Made by a program: the position numbers and the translations under genes. From assembly GCA_021325315.1 (NCBI GenBank), contig JAJPHK010000054.1, forward strand, positions 25,737-89,736: a stretch of 64,000 nucleotides of DNA, written 5' to 3'. Source of the stretch: Alphaproteobacteria bacterium. GTDB lineage: Bacteria > Pseudomonadota > Alphaproteobacteria > Rhizobiales > Xanthobacteraceae. The notes below the pieces were generated by a model. That model was not told where the DNA came from. It saw only the letters and a list, made by a program, of their open reading frames with translations, and did not search any database. Within the stretch, counting starts at the first letter, position 1; each line of letters starts with the position of its first letter. This document shows, one piece after another, positions 25,888-36,979 of this stretch.

Positions 25888-26376
25888 ATGAAAATCGCTG
25901 TGGCGGTGGGAGTTCTTTCGGCGGTGTTGATCACTTCGGCCGAAGCAAAGAGCCGTAAACATCGTATACGCCATTACACGCCGGTCGCGCAGACCGTCGC
26001 CAATCCGTTCAATTTTCAATTTTTCGGTTTCACCGGCGGCTTCGCCGGTGCATCGATGATCTCGACCGCGCAGAGCTATTCCGGCCGCAATCCGACCGGA
26101 CGCTCACGCCAGTGGTGCGGCGAATTCATGGCAATGGTCGCCCGCCAGTCGGGCGGCCGCGTGCCCGAGGGCTATGCCAAGGCCAGCAATTGGGCGAAGC
26201 TCCCGCGCACGACTGAGCACGTCGGCGCCGTCGCGGTCATGCCGCATCACGTCGGCATCGTCACAGGCCAGTGTGAGAATGGCGGGGTGAAAATCGTGTC
26301 GGGTAATTTCGGCCGCGCCAAGGTCGGCGAAGGTTGCATTTCGCGCTCGCGCATCATGGCGTTCGTGCAACCCTAA
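25888..26376 (+). CDS. Secreted CHAP/NlpC-P60-like cysteine peptidase domain protein
   Basis: Signal peptide (MKIAVAVGVLSAVLITSAEA). Candidate catalytic Cys (RQWCGEFMA) and His (HHVGIVTG), followed by SGN. Confidence 0.6.
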   Translation: MKIAVAVGVLSAVLITSAEAKSRKHRIRHYTPVAQTVANPFNFQFFGFTGGFAGASMISTAQSYSGRNPTGRSRQWCGEFMAMVARQSGGRVPEGYAKASNWAKLPRTTEHVGAVAVMPHHVGIVTGQCENGGVKIVSGNFGRAKVGEGCISRSRIMAFVQP

Positions 26377-26402
26377 GCGGTCGAATGCATCGATCCATCT
26401 GC

Positions 26403-26436
26403 AACAGGCGGCCTACCGGCCGCCTGTTCTTTTTTT
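26403..26436 (+). terminator. Rho-independent terminator downstream of the CHAP gene
   Basis: Perfect 11-bp stem AACAGGCGGCC / GGCCGCCTGTT with a 4-nt loop (TACC), followed by CTTTTTTT. Confidence 0.85.
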
Positions 26437-26532
26437 GCGTGCGTCACATTGACGTATCCGGCGAGCCTCCGTTCAAACAAGCTGCGGAACAGCCGTCCAC
26501 GATGAGCGTTCTGTAGATTGAAAAGGTGGGCC

Positions 26533-27024
26533 ATGGCGATCTCGATTAAGGTGAATGGCAAGACGCACGAAATCGACGCCGATCCCGCAACACCGCTTCT
26601 ATACATCTTGCGAGACGAGCTTGCGCTGAATGGCGCGAAATTCGGCTGCGGCCTCGGCCAGTGCGGGGCGTGCACCGTACACGTCGATGGCAAGCCGGCT
26701 TTCTCCTGTCTCCTGCCGCTTGCGGCCGTCGGGAACCGTGAAGTCACGACCATCGAAGGCCTTGCGAGCAACGGAAAACTTAACGCACTCCAGCAAGCCT
26801 TCATCGACGAGCAGGCGGCACAGTGCGGCTACTGCATTGCCGGCATGGTCATGCGGGCGGAAGCGCTTTTGCGCGTCAATCCGCATCCCGGCGAAGAGGA
26901 AATTCGCGCCCATATGCAGCCGAATCTTTGCCGCTGCGGAACGCATATGAGAATCCTGCGAGCGATCAAGCGCGCCGCGGATCGTTCTACGGAGATCGGC
27001 GTTGGGCACGAGGAGCGGTTATGA
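26533..27024 (+). CDS. (2Fe-2S)-binding small subunit of a molybdopterin aldehyde/isoquinoline oxidoreductase (IorA-like)
   Basis: Two [2Fe-2S] Cys clusters (CGLGQCGACTV; CGYCIAG...CRCGTH). Its stop overlaps the start of the large-subunit gene (ATGA). Confidence 0.88.
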   Translation: MAISIKVNGKTHEIDADPATPLLYILRDELALNGAKFGCGLGQCGACTVHVDGKPAFSCLLPLAAVGNREVTTIEGLASNGKLNALQQAFIDEQAAQCGYCIAGMVMRAEALLRVNPHPGEEEIRAHMQPNLCRCGTHMRILRAIKRAADRSTEIGVGHEERL

Positions 27025-29221
27025 CGGTTCTTTCGCGGCGCGAGATTCTGAAAAGCGGCGCGCTCGTTGTGGCCTTCCAATTTTGCAGTTCATTTCCTTC
27101 GCTGGCGCAGGACGCGAAACAGCTCTCCGGAAGCTTGAAGCGTTCTTCATTTCTCGATTCCTGGATCCGCATCGACGCCGGCGGCCAAATCACGGTCTTC
27201 ACCGGAAAATCCGAACTCGGACAAGGGATCAAGACGGCGCTGATTCAGGTCGCGGCGGAAGAGCTTTGCGTCACTCCTGAAAACATAAAGCTCATCACTT
27301 CGGACACCGCGCAAACGCCGAACGAAGGCTTTACGTCAGGAAGCCTGTCCATGTCCGAGAGCGGCACCGCGATTTTAAATGCAGCGGCGCAGACACGGGA
27401 AATCTTGCTCGGGCTTGCCGCGAGCCACATGCAGGTTCCAGCAGACTCGTTGCGCGCCGTGAATGGCGCAGTCGAATCCCCGGACGGCAGAAAATTGCGC
27501 TACGCCGAACTCGTGAAAGATCTGGACTTGCACGTGGAAGCGCAGCCGGTCAGCAAGAAAAAGAATCCGGATACATATTCCGTGGTCGGCACGCCGCTGC
27601 AGCGCGTGGATATTCCGGGGAAGGTTTCCGGCGGAGCGGCGTATGTACAGGATATGCGCTTGCCGAACATGGTGCATGCGCGCGTGGTTCGCCCGCCGGC
27701 GGTCGGCGCCGTTTTGCAAACCGCTGTTCGTCCGTCGAAGCCCTGCCGGGTGTTCTGAAAGTCCATCGCGATGGAAACTATCTCGCAGTTGTCGCCGAGG
27801 GCGAATACCAAGCGATTCTCGCGCAGAGGACGCTCCGCAATCTCAGCGCGTGGAAAGATGCTCCTTCGCTTCCCAAACAGGCCGGAATTTACGACTATCT
27901 GCGCTCGCTTTCGTCCGAGGACGATCCGATTTTAGTCCGGGGAAATGGTTCGGCGTCGGGCGGCAGGAAGATCTCGGGGCAATATCAGCGACCCTATCAG
28001 ATGCACGGCTCGATCGGCCCTTCTTGCGCGATCGGCCTGTTCGAGAATGGTACGCTGACGGTCTGGTCGCACGCGCAGGGAATGTTTCCGCTGCGAAGAT
28101 CCCTAAGCGAGCTCGTCAATCTGCCGCAAGAGAAAATCCGCTGCATTCATGTCGAGGGCTCAGGCTGCTACGGGCATAATGGAGCTGACGATGCAGCCGC
28201 CGACGCGGCGATCCTCGCACTCTCTTTGCCGGGACGGCCGGTGCGTGTGCAGTTCATGCGCGACGAAGAACACGGCTTCGAGCCGTTCGGCGCGGCCATG
28301 ATTTCAAGCGCGCGGGCGACGCTTGCGGTGGACGGCTCGGTTGTCGATTGGCAATACGAGGTTTGGTCGAATACGCACTCGACGCGCCCGGGCGGCGCGG
28401 GCAACCTGCTCGCCGGCTGGCTGATTGAAAAGCCGTTCGAACAGCCGTCGCCCGAGAAGATCCCGCAGCCCGCTGGCGGCGGCGACCGCAACGCGATCCC
28501 GCTTTACAACTTTCCCAATGCACGCGTGACGCACCATTTCATTCGCAAAATGCCGTTGCGCGTTTCCGCCCTGCGTTCGCTCGGCGCTTACATGAACGTA
28601 TTCTCGGTTGAAAGCTTCATGGACGAACTGGCAAAGGAAGCAAAGGCGGATCCCGTCGAATTTCGCCTGAGATATCTCGACGATCCGCGTGCGCGCGACG
28701 TCGTTACAAGGGCAGCCGAGAAATTCGGGTGGTCGGACTGGAAACCGGCGCACGAAAGACAGGGGCGCGGATTCGCCTTTGCGAAGTACAAGAACATCGC
28801 GGCCTATTGTGCGGTCGCGCTCGATCTCGAAGTAGATGAAAACGGCCGCATCGCTTTGGGCCGCGCGGTTGCGGTCGACGACAGCGGGCAAGCGGTGAAC
28901 CCCGACGGCATCCGTAATCAGATCGAGGGTGCGCTCGTCCAGTCCGCAAGCTGGACTCTTTTTGAAGAAGTCCATTTTGACGCTTCGGCAGTCTCGAGCC
29001 GCGACTGGGCGACCTATCCGATTCTGCGTTTCGGCGACGTGTTCAAAAGCGTCGAGGTCGAGGTCATCAATCGGCCCGGCGCGCCTTATCTTGGCACCGG
29101 CGAAGCAGGCCAGGGCCCCACGGCCGCGGCGATCGCGAATGCGTTGGCGGACGCGGTCAATATCCGCGTGCGCCAGTTGCCATTGACGCCCGCCCGCATC
29201 CAGGCGGCGGCCAGGGCGTAA
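27021..29221 (+). pseudogene. Molybdopterin-binding large subunit (IorB-like) with a frameshift near 27728-27735
   Basis: Tat leader (MTVLSRREILKSGA). Frame 0 ends at 27758 (…LQTAVRPSKPCRVF*). A different frame reads SSVEALPGVLKVHRDGNYLAVVAEGE... with no stop and runs into ORF 28001..29221. The combined length of about 734 aa fits IorB. Confidence 0.7.
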
Positions 29222-29258
29222 TTCTGCACTGCATGCTGGTTTTGCGCCTGGCGACCTC

Positions 29259-29335
29259 GGCAGGATTCGAACCTGCAACCCCCAGATTCGAAATCTGGTG
29301 CTCTATCCAGTTGAGCTACGAAGTCTGAGCCCGGC
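29259..29335 (-). tRNA. tRNA-Arg (anticodon UCG)
   Basis: The reverse complement folds as a cloverleaf: GACTTCG TA GCTC AACTGGAT AGAGC A CCAGA TTTCGAA TCTGG GGGTT GCAGG TTCGAAT CCTGC CGAGGTC G CCA. All stems pair. Confidence 0.9.
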
Positions 29336-29372
29336 CACCGGAGTTTAGCCTGGCAAGCCGGGCAAATCTATT

Positions 29373-30200
29373 TCAAAGCGCACGGCGGATTTCTTCGGCT
29401 TTCTTGCGCATCAAGGGCAGGAAGCGGCCGATCATTTCCTCTTTCGAGACGCGGGCGACGGGCGCGACGACATTCATCGCCGCGACCACGCGGCGCCGGT
29501 CATTTTCGATCGGCACCGAGATCGCGTGCAGGCCGATTTCCGCCTGCTCGCTCTGGAATGCATAGCCGTTCGCTCGCGTCTCGAGAATCGAGGAGCGGAT
29601 CCGCGAAATATCCGTTTCGGTGTGGGGGGTGATCGCTTCTGGTTTCACCCGCGCGAGATAGCCGTCGATCGCGTCGTCCGGCTGGCCCGAAAGCAGAACA
29701 TGGCCGGTCGCCGTGCAATAGGCTGGAAAGCGGCTTCCGGCCGGGATGCCGGGATTGATCATGCGCTGAACGGGCACGCGGGCGATCAGAATAACGTCGT
29801 CGCCGTCGAGAATGGCGGTTCCCGAGGTCTCGTTCAGCGCCGAGGAAATGTCCTCAAGACGGGATTTCGAAACACGGGCAAGCGGCATCGAACTCAAATA
29901 GGAATAGCCGAGCGAGAGCACCTTGGGCGTCAGGGAAAACGTCCGGCCGTCACTTTCGACATAACCGAGAGTTTGCAACGTGATCAGCGAACGGCGTACA
30001 GTTGCGCGGGCAAGCCCCACGCGCCGCGCAATTTCCGCAAGAGTCGCGGGCGGCCCGTCTTCGCCGAGCGCGCGGATCACCGATAATCCTCGTGCAAGAG
30101 CCGTTACGAAATCAGGCTGGTTGAGCGGAATTCCCGTGATGGGGGCGGGCGTAGGCAAATTCATGGCCGGTTTCCCATTACCTTTATTATCGCTTTCCAC
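29373..30200 (-). CDS. IclR-family transcriptional regulator (PcaR/PobR-like)
   Basis: N-terminal HTH (LAEIARRVGLARATVRRSLITLQTLGYV) and a C-terminal IclR effector domain. Divergent from the thiolase gene. The start may be the internal ATG (MNLPTP). Confidence 0.85.
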   Translation of the reverse strand: MESDNKGNGKPAMNLPTPAPITGIPLNQPDFVTALARGLSVIRALGEDGPPATLAEIARRVGLARATVRRSLITLQTLGYVESDGRTFSLTPKVLSLGYSYLSSMPLARVSKSRLEDISSALNETSGTAILDGDDVILIARVPVQRMINPGIPAGSRFPAYCTATGHVLLSGQPDDAIDGYLARVKPEAITPHTETDISRIRSSILETRANGYAFQSEQAEIGLHAISVPIENDRRRVVAAMNVVAPVARVSKEEMIGRFLPLMRKKAEEIRRAL

Positions 30201-30314
30201 GGTAAGGCGGGCAATAGTGGATCGAAAATAAAATGCCTGCCTTGGGGAATAAACACAGACCGGCGCATTTTCCTGCGCAGCGCGATATAGAACGAAAGCA
30301 AAACGGAACGAACG

Positions 30315-31523
30315 ATGGCCGCTCGCGAAGCCTTCATCTGCGATTTCGTGCGAACGCCGATCGGCCGCTATGGCGGCGCGCTCGCGAAAGTGCGTACCGA
30401 CGATCTCGCCGCAATTCCTCTCCGCGCGCTGGTGGCAAGAAATAGTTCCGCCAATTGGTCGAAGCTCGACGACGTGTATCTTGGTTGCGCCAATCAGGCG
30501 GGCGAGGACAACCGGAACGTCGCGCGCATGGCGCTCCTGCTCGCAGGATTGCCCGCGAGCGTGCCGGGAATGACGATCAACCGTCTTTGTGCATCGGGGC
30601 TGGAGGCGGTCGGTGCGGCCGCGCGCGCGATCAAATCGGGCGAGATGGATTTTGCGATCGCGGGCGGAGTCGAGTCCATGTCGCGCGCGCCTTTCGTGAT
30701 GGGGAAGGCCGCGGAAGCGTTTTCACGCAATGCCGAGATTTACGACACCACGATCGGCTGGCGTTTCGTCAATCCTGTGTTGAATAAACAATACGGGATC
30801 GATTCGATGCCCGAGACCGGAGAGAATGTCGCCGATGAATTTCAGGTCTCACGCGAGGACCAGGACAAGTTTGCACTGCGCTCGCAGCAGCGCGCCGTCG
30901 CCGCGCAGAAGAGCGGATTTTTCGACGCCGAGATCGTGCCCGTGGAAATCCCCGGCAAGAACGGCGCGACGCTCGTCACTAAGGACGAGCATCCGCGCGC
31001 GGACACGACGCTCGAAGGCCTGGCGAAGCTGAAAACGCCTTTTCGCAATCCGGGCACTGTGACGGCAGGCAATGCTTCCGGCGTGAACGATGGCGCGTGC
31101 GCGCTCATCATTGCTTCCGAGCAAGCGGCGAAAACGCACGGCTTTACGCCGCGCGCTCGAATCCTGGGGATGGCTGCTGCCGGCGTACCGCCGCGGATCA
31201 TGGGCATTGGCCCCGTACCGGCGACCGAAAAACTCGCACAGAGGCTCGGTATCAAGGTTTTGGACTTCGACGTGATCGAATTGAACGAGGCCTTCGCGAG
31301 CCAGGCGATCGCCGTTCTGCGCCAGCTCGGCGTTCCCGAGGATGCGGAGCATGTGAATCCGCACGGCGGTGGAATCGCGCTCGGTCACCCGCTCGGCATG
31401 ACCGGCGCGCGCATTGCGGGTACTGCGATGCACGCGCTCGAAGAGCGGAAAGGAAAACTCGGCCTCGCGACACTATGCGTCGGCGTGGGGCAGGGCGTGT
31501 CGCTGGCGATGGAGCGGGTTTAA
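30315..31523 (+). CDS. pcaF: Acetyl-CoA C-acyltransferase / 3-oxoadipyl-CoA thiolase
   Basis: Thiolase signatures: NRLCASGLEAV (active-site Cys), NEAFASQ, and GGGIALGHPLG...C-terminal CVGVGQG. The pcaF assignment rests on the adjacent IclR gene and the N-terminal similarity. Confidence 0.8.
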   Translation: MAAREAFICDFVRTPIGRYGGALAKVRTDDLAAIPLRALVARNSSANWSKLDDVYLGCANQAGEDNRNVARMALLLAGLPASVPGMTINRLCASGLEAVGAAARAIKSGEMDFAIAGGVESMSRAPFVMGKAAEAFSRNAEIYDTTIGWRFVNPVLNKQYGIDSMPETGENVADEFQVSREDQDKFALRSQQRAVAAQKSGFFDAEIVPVEIPGKNGATLVTKDEHPRADTTLEGLAKLKTPFRNPGTVTAGNASGVNDGACALIIASEQAAKTHGFTPRARILGMAAAGVPPRIMGIGPVPATEKLAQRLGIKVLDFDVIELNEAFASQAIAVLRQLGVPEDAEHVNPHGGGIALGHPLGMTGARIAGTAMHALEERKGKLGLATLCVGVGQGVSLAMERV

Positions 31524-32386
31524 GCCCGTCCGCGCTCCGAGCGCGTCGGTTTCACCTTCAACTCGATCCAGTTCTTCAATTCCTGGATTCGAATCTCGCG
31601 ATGCGTGACGGCTGCGTCCAGGCCGTGCCGCCAGGCGAGCCGGCGGTTGGTCGGATCCTGCGCGAGCGTGTCCACGTCCTTGATATAAAGCGACGCGTCC
31701 TCGTTGCTTGCGAAAAATCCTTCGGTCACGAGCGAGCCGTTCAGCCGCTTCAGGATCGCGGAAATTTCCTTGAAATTATACTCGGGATGGTACTGCACGC
31801 CCCAGGCGACTCCGCCTTCATACTGGATTTCGGCGGCCTGCACGCCCGAATGATCGTTCATCGCGAGCACGGTACCCTTGAGCGGAAGGGATTCCACTTC
31901 GTCAAGATGGACGGTGAGTGCCTCGAACACCGGCGGCTTCATCTTGAAGATCGGGTGCTTCGACCCGGCCTCGGTGACGCGGATACGGCGGCTGAAGCCG
32001 ATTTCGCGCCCGCGCGGATTTTTATGCACCGTGCCGCCTGCCGCGACGGTCGCGACCTGCAAGCCCCAGCAGCTTCCGAAAATCGGCGTCTTCGCGCGAT
32101 AAACCTCGCGAACGAATTCGATTTGCGGCTGGATCGCGGGGCCGCCGTCGTAAACATGGAGCGAAGAGCCTGTGATGGCGACCCCGTCATAGCTCTCGAG
32201 CCCACCGCCGTCGGGCAAGTTCGCGCCGGGGTCGGCGGGAAAGCAAATGTCGACCGCTGCCTCCGGCCAGATTTCGTTTAGTAATCTTGCGTAACGGTCG
32301 CTCGCCACTTCCCCGCCGGCGGCGACCTGACGTTTTCGGCCCTCGGCGGTATTTCCTTCAATGACGAGCAGGCGGGGTGTACTCAT
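31520..32386 (-). CDS. Class I glutamine amidotransferase-like protein
   Basis: GATase1 nucleophile elbow (IFGSCWGLQ) and a downstream HPE motif (VQYHPE). The start was set at ATG 32386. Confidence 0.75.
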   Translation of the reverse strand: MSTPRLLVIEGNTAEGRKRQVAAGGEVASDRYARLLNEIWPEAAVDICFPADPGANLPDGGGLESYDGVAITGSSLHVYDGGPAIQPQIEFVREVYRAKTPIFGSCWGLQVATVAAGGTVHKNPRGREIGFSRRIRVTEAGSKHPIFKMKPPVFEALTVHLDEVESLPLKGTVLAMNDHSGVQAAEIQYEGGVAWGVQYHPEYNFKEISAILKRLNGSLVTEGFFASNEDASLYIKDVDTLAQDPTNRRLAWRHGLDAAVTHREIRIQELKNWIELKVKPTRSERGRA

Positions 32387-32564
32387 AACTCCAGAACATA
32401 AGGAAAAGAGGTGAACAAAAGTTAGATAGGGCATTTTGCGGCGAAAACGAGGAAATTCGCAGCGCATTCGTTCACGCGAACGTGTGGAACAACGTCCGCA
32501 TTGGCAATTCCTCGCGGATCATTCAGCATACGCGCGACGAAAGTATCAGCAATGCAGGGTACGG

Positions 32565-34058
32565 ATGGCCGGTTTCGATCTCGCGGTTGTCGGCGGCGGA
32601 ATTAACGGCTGTGGCATCGCACGCGATGCGGCGGGGCGCGGCCTGAAAGTGCTGCTCATCGAGCAGGGCGATCTCGGCGGCGCGACGTCCTCCGCTTCGA
32701 CCAAATTGATTCATGGCGGCCTGCGTTATCTCGAACATTACGAATTTTTACTGGTGCGGAAGTCGCTCGCCGAGCGCGAACTTTTGATGAAGCTTGCGCC
32801 GCATCTCGTTCGCCCGATGCGTTTCGTGTTGCCCTATGTGAAAGGCGGCCGCCCGGCCTGGATGCTGCGCGCGGGCTTCTGGCTTTATGATCATCTTGCG
32901 CGCTCCTCGCTGCCAGGAACGCGTATTCTCGATCTTGCCGACGATCCCGCCGGCGTGCCGCTCAAGCCTGGATTCCGCCTCGGCTTCGAATATTCCGATT
33001 GTACAACCGATGACTCGCGGCTCGTGATCGCGAACGCGATCGGCGCGCGCGAAAAGGGCGCCGATATCCGCCTTCACACGCGCCTCACCTCGGCGCGGCG
33101 GGAAGACGATCGCTGGAAACTCATCCTGCAAACGGGCGGTGCGCGCGAGGTCGAATATGCACGTGCGTTTGTGAACGCGGCGGGCCCCTGGGTCGCGCGC
33201 GTGAACGACGTCGTGCTGCATCAGCCCGCCAAACATCACGTCCGGCTCGTCAAAGGCAGCCATATCGTGGTTCCTCGGCTGCATGCGCACGAGCGCGCGT
33301 ATTTTTTCCAGAACGACGACGGCCGACTGATTTTCGCAATTCCCTATCAGGACCAGTACACGCTGATCGGCACCACCGAGATCGATGTCGGCGACGAGCC
33401 GGATCTTCCGTCCGCAAGCGCCGACGAAATTCTTTATCTTTGCGCCGCCGCTTCGCGGTACTTCCGCAATCCTGTCGAACCCTCGAAAGTCGTCTGGAAC
33501 TATGCGGGCGTGCGCCCGCTCGTCGATGACGGCTCCGCGAGTACCGAAGACGTGACGCGCGACTTCACGATCGACGTCGAAGGCCGCCAGAACGAGCCGC
33601 CGCTTGTTTCCGTGCTCGGCGGCAAACTCACGACCTATCGGCGTCTCGCCGAGGCGGTGCTTGCGAAACTCAGCAAGCGTTTCGTTATGGGAAAACCCTG
33701 GACGGCGAACGAGCCGCTCCCCGGCGGGGATATCGGCGAGCGCGGCGTGCAGGGCCTGATCGCCGAAATTTTGGAGCAACATCCCTATATCGAAGAGCCG
33801 CTGGCACGGCGGCTTGCCTATTCCTACGGCACGCGCGCCTGGAAAATCATTGGCTCGACCTCTAAAGCGTCCGATCTCGGCTTGCGCCTGGTCGGCAATC
33901 TTCATCGGATCGAGCTCGACTATTTGCGCGGCGAAGAATGGGCGCGCACGCCGGAAGACGTTTTGTGGCGGCGGACGAAGCTCGGCCTGCTCGCGGGGCC
34001 GGCGGAAATGGCGTCGCTCAGAGCGGCGCTCGGCACCCACTTCTCGGAGGCGAGCTAG
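32565..34058 (+). CDS. glpD: Glycerol-3-phosphate dehydrogenase (FAD-dependent)
   Basis: [25 protein letters not shown] fold and the GGLRYLE motif. The start was set at ATG 32565. Confidence 0.92.
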   Translation: MAGFDLAVVGGGINGCGIARDAAGRGLKVLLIEQGDLGGATSSASTKLIHGGLRYLEHYEFLLVRKSLAERELLMKLAPHLVRPMRFVLPYVKGGRPAWMLRAGFWLYDHLARSSLPGTRILDLADDPAGVPLKPGFRLGFEYSDCTTDDSRLVIANAIGAREKGADIRLHTRLTSARREDDRWKLILQTGGAREVEYARAFVNAAGPWVARVNDVVLHQPAKHHVRLVKGSHIVVPRLHAHERAYFFQNDDGRLIFAIPYQDQYTLIGTTEIDVGDEPDLPSASADEILYLCAAASRYFRNPVEPSKVVWNYAGVRPLVDDGSASTEDVTRDFTIDVEGRQNEPPLVSVLGGKLTTYRRLAEAVLAKLSKRFVMGKPWTANEPLPGGDIGERGVQGLIAEILEQHPYIEEPLARRLAYSYGTRAWKIIGSTSKASDLGLRLVGNLHRIELDYLRGEEWARTPEDVLWRRTKLGLLAGPAEMASLRAALGTHFSEAS

Positions 34059-34059
34059 C

Positions 34060-35547
34060 GTGAGTCACGTTCTCGCCATCGATCAAGGTACAACTTCGAG
34101 CCGCGCGGTCGTCTTCGATAGCGCCCTCAACCCGATTGCAACCGCGCAAAGAGAGTTCCAGCAGTTTTATCCCGAGCCGGGCTGGGTGGAGCACGACGCC
34201 GAGGAAATCTGGCAAAGCGTCGTCGAAACCGCGCGCGAAGCGATCGCGCAAGCGAAGCTGAAGCCGTCCGGCCTCGCAGCGATCGGCATCACCAATCAGC
34301 GCGAAACGGCCGTGATCTGGGAGCGCGCGACCGGAAAGCCCATCCATCGCGCGATTGTCTGGCAGGACCGGCGCACAGCGGACATTTGCGCGAAGCTCCG
34401 GAGCGAGAGTGCCGAAGAAAAAATTTCTGCGCGCACGGGCCTTTTGTGCGACCCGTATTTTTCCGCGACCAAAATCGCGTGGATTCTGGATCATGTCGAA
34501 GGGGCACGAAAGGCGGCGGAGGATGGCAAGCTCGCCTTCGGTACCATCGAGACTTTTCTGCTCTGGCGGCTGACCGGCGGAAAAATGCACGCCACCGACG
34601 CGACCAACGCTTCCCGCACGCTGCTCCTGAACCTCGACACCGGGCGCTGGGACTTCGACATGCTGAAACTCCTGAACGTTCCGCCGCCGCTGCTTCCGGA
34701 AGTGCGCGACAACGCGGCCGAATTCGGCGTGACGGAAGCATCGCTTTTCGACGCATCAATTCCCGTCAGAGCCATGATCGGCGACCAGCAAGCCGCGACC
34801 GTGGGGCAGGCCTGCGTGAAGCCAGGCATGATGAAATCGACCTACGGCACCGGCTGCTTCGCGCTTCTGCACACCGGCGAGAAGCCCGTGCGCTCGCGCC
34901 ATCGGCTGCTCTCGACGATCGCCTATCAGCTGGAAGGCAAGCGCGCTTATGCGCTCGAAGGCTCGATCTTCGTCGCTGGCGCTGCCGTGCAATGGCTGCG
35001 CGATGCGATGGGCGCAATCAAATCGTCATCTGAGGCCGATGCTCTCGCTGCAAAAGCCAATCCGAAGGAGCAGGTCGTGCTCGTGCCCGCCTTCACCGGT
35101 CTCGGCGCGCCCTGGTGGGACGCGGAAGCGCGCGGTGCGATCTTCGGGCTCACCCGCGAAAGCGGCGCGGCGGAACTCGCGCGAGCGGTCATCGAGAGCG
35201 TTGGCTTCCAAACAGCGGATCTCTTGCAGGCCATGCACGCCGATTGTCCCGAAGCGAGCGAGGGCACCGTGCTTCGTGTCGACGGCGGCATGGCGAAAAG
35301 CGAGCTCACGATGCAGTTCTTGGCCGACATTCTTGGCGCGCCCATCGACCGGCCGCGCGCGACGGAAATGACGGCGCGCGGCGCCGCCTATCTCGCGGGC
35401 AGGGCGGCGGGGATCTATCCGGACTTGGATGCGCTCGAAAAATTGTGGTCGCTCGAGCGGCGGTTCCTTCCGAAAATCGGCGCGGAGGAGCGCGCCATCA
35501 AACTTTCGCGCTGGCGCGACGCGGTAGCGCGCACGCGAAGCCGTTAA
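34060..35547 (+). CDS. glpK: Glycerol kinase
   Basis: GTG 34060 gives [20 protein letters not shown]..., a canonical FGGY N-terminus. It starts 1 nt after the glpD stop. Confidence 0.92.
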   Translation: MSHVLAIDQGTTSSRAVVFDSALNPIATAQREFQQFYPEPGWVEHDAEEIWQSVVETAREAIAQAKLKPSGLAAIGITNQRETAVIWERATGKPIHRAIVWQDRRTADICAKLRSESAEEKISARTGLLCDPYFSATKIAWILDHVEGARKAAEDGKLAFGTIETFLLWRLTGGKMHATDATNASRTLLLNLDTGRWDFDMLKLLNVPPPLLPEVRDNAAEFGVTEASLFDASIPVRAMIGDQQAATVGQACVKPGMMKSTYGTGCFALLHTGEKPVRSRHRLLSTIAYQLEGKRAYALEGSIFVAGAAVQWLRDAMGAIKSSSEADALAAKANPKEQVVLVPAFTGLGAPWWDAEARGAIFGLTRESGAAELARAVIESVGFQTADLLQAMHADCPEASEGTVLRVDGGMAKSELTMQFLADILGAPIDRPRATEMTARGAAYLAGRAAGIYPDLDALEKLWSLERRFLPKIGAEERAIKLSRWRDAVARTRSR

Positions 35548-35580
35548 TGTGCTATTCGTCCTGAGTCGCAGGGAGACGGG

Positions 35581-36891
35581 ATGCTTTACACGCAGGATAT
35601 CGCGCGCGCGCTAAAGAGCGGCCACCATGGCGGCATTTCCGATGAAGCGTTCAATGCGGCGCTCATGCAGACGGAAGGCGCGCTCGAAGAGTTGCGCGCG
35701 GCGCATGCGAGCGGCTCCTTGCCGCTTCTCAGGCTGCCGGAAAAAATCGACGATTTTCCCGCGCTGAAAAAAGCCGCGGCTCGTTTGAAGAAGGCGAGCG
35801 ACGTGGTGATCCTCGGCGTCGGCGGATCGAGTCTCGGCGGCCAGACGCTCGCGCAGCTCGCGGACTATGCGGTACCCGGCCTCGGCACGCTGCGCGGGAA
35901 GCCGCGCGTGCATTTTTTCGACAATCTCGATCCGCGCACGTTTGAGGCGGTGCTGAAAAAACTGCCGATCAAGACTGCGCAATTCGTGGCGATCTCGAAA
36001 TCCGGCGGCACCGGCGAAACCTTGATGCAGACCATCGCCGCGATCGGCGCGCTGAAAAAAGCCGGGCGCGGGAAACGTATCAAGGACCACATGATCGGTC
36101 TTTCCGAGCCGGCAAAGCCCGGCAAGAAAAACGGCCTGCGAGAGCTTCTCGAGAGTTTCGGTTGCATGATGCTCGATCACGACACAGGCATCGGCGGGCG
36201 GTTTTCGGCGCTTTCCAATGTCGGGCTCTTGCCCGCGCTCGTGCTCGGTCTTGACGGCAAGAAAATCCGCGCGGGCGCGGGAGAAGCGCTCGCGCCATTG
36301 CTTGCGAGAGCGCCGGCGAAAGAAGTTCCTTTTGCGCTGGGCGCGGCGCTTTCCGTCGCCGCAAGCGCCGAGGGAAAAAACATTCAGGTGTTGCAAGCCT
36401 ATAACGATCGCTGCGAGCGTTTCACCCGCTGGTGGGTGCAGCTCTGGGCGGAAAGTCTCGGCAAGAACGGCAAGGGCACAACGCCGGTCACGGCTCTCGG
36501 CCCGGTCGACCAGCACAGCCAGTTGCAGCTTTGGCTTGCGGGGCCGCGCGACAAGCTGTTCACCGTTCTCACGACGGATGTCGCGAACACCGGTTCGCGC
36601 ATGGACGGTGCGCTCGCGAAGCGTTCGGGCGAGCCGGATTTCGGCGGCAGAAAAATCGGCGATCTCGTCGCGGCCCAGGGCCGCGCCACCGCCGACACGC
36701 TCGCGAAGAACGGCTGCCCGGTCCGCACGATCCATGTCGCGAAGCTGGATGAGCGCTCGCTCGGCGCGCTGATGATGCATTTCATGCTGGAGACGATCGT
36801 CGCCGCCCATCTTCTCGGCGTCGATCCCTTCGATCAGCCGGCCGTGGAAGAAGGAAAGGTGCTTGCGAAGAAATATCTCGCCGGAAAATAG
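35581..36891 (+). CDS. pgi: Glucose-6-phosphate isomerase (short bacterial form)
   Basis: SIS-domain motifs GVGGSSLG and ISKSGGTGETL. Confidence 0.85.
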   Translation: MLYTQDIARALKSGHHGGISDEAFNAALMQTEGALEELRAAHASGSLPLLRLPEKIDDFPALKKAAARLKKASDVVILGVGGSSLGGQTLAQLADYAVPGLGTLRGKPRVHFFDNLDPRTFEAVLKKLPIKTAQFVAISKSGGTGETLMQTIAAIGALKKAGRGKRIKDHMIGLSEPAKPGKKNGLRELLESFGCMMLDHDTGIGGRFSALSNVGLLPALVLGLDGKKIRAGAGEALAPLLARAPAKEVPFALGAALSVAASAEGKNIQVLQAYNDRCERFTRWWVQLWAESLGKNGKGTTPVTALGPVDQHSQLQLWLAGPRDKLFTVLTTDVANTGSRMDGALAKRSGEPDFGGRKIGDLVAAQGRATADTLAKNGCPVRTIHVAKLDERSLGALMMHFMLETIVAAHLLGVDPFDQPAVEEGKVLAKKYLAGK

Positions 36892-36979
36892 GGTGTGAAC
36901 AGCGGGGATGATTTTCCCCGCGCCGTTCAACCCCTTCTTTCTGCTGGAATTTTGCGCGAGACTCGCACAGGTTTTCCAC

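Noticed and set aside
26373-26804. A 143-aa minus-strand ORF covering the CHAP-iorA intergenic region and the iorA 5' part
   Set aside because: It runs through a strong plus-strand terminator and antisense to iorA, and it has no motifs. It is a shadow ORF.
16151-29335. A genomic island bounded by the tRNA-like element (16151) and tRNA-Arg (29259)
   Set aside because: I found no integrase, no direct repeat of a tRNA 3' end and no mobility genes between them. The content (rfb, arsC, iorAB and so on) has GC similar to the downstream core, so there is insufficient evidence.
32748-34040. A 430-aa minus-strand ORF opposite glpD, plus similar ORFs opposite other genes
   Set aside because: The similar ORFs are 43839-45068 opposite xseA, 54647-55801 opposite kef, 57469-58620 opposite coxB, 28304-29278 opposite iorB, 15254-16186 opposite the MFS gene, 62027-62893 opposite coxC and 63270-63974 opposite surf1. 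In every case the opposite strand encodes a protein with strong family motifs. These ORFs show the Arg/Gly/His-rich composition expected from reverse-complemented GC-rich codons.
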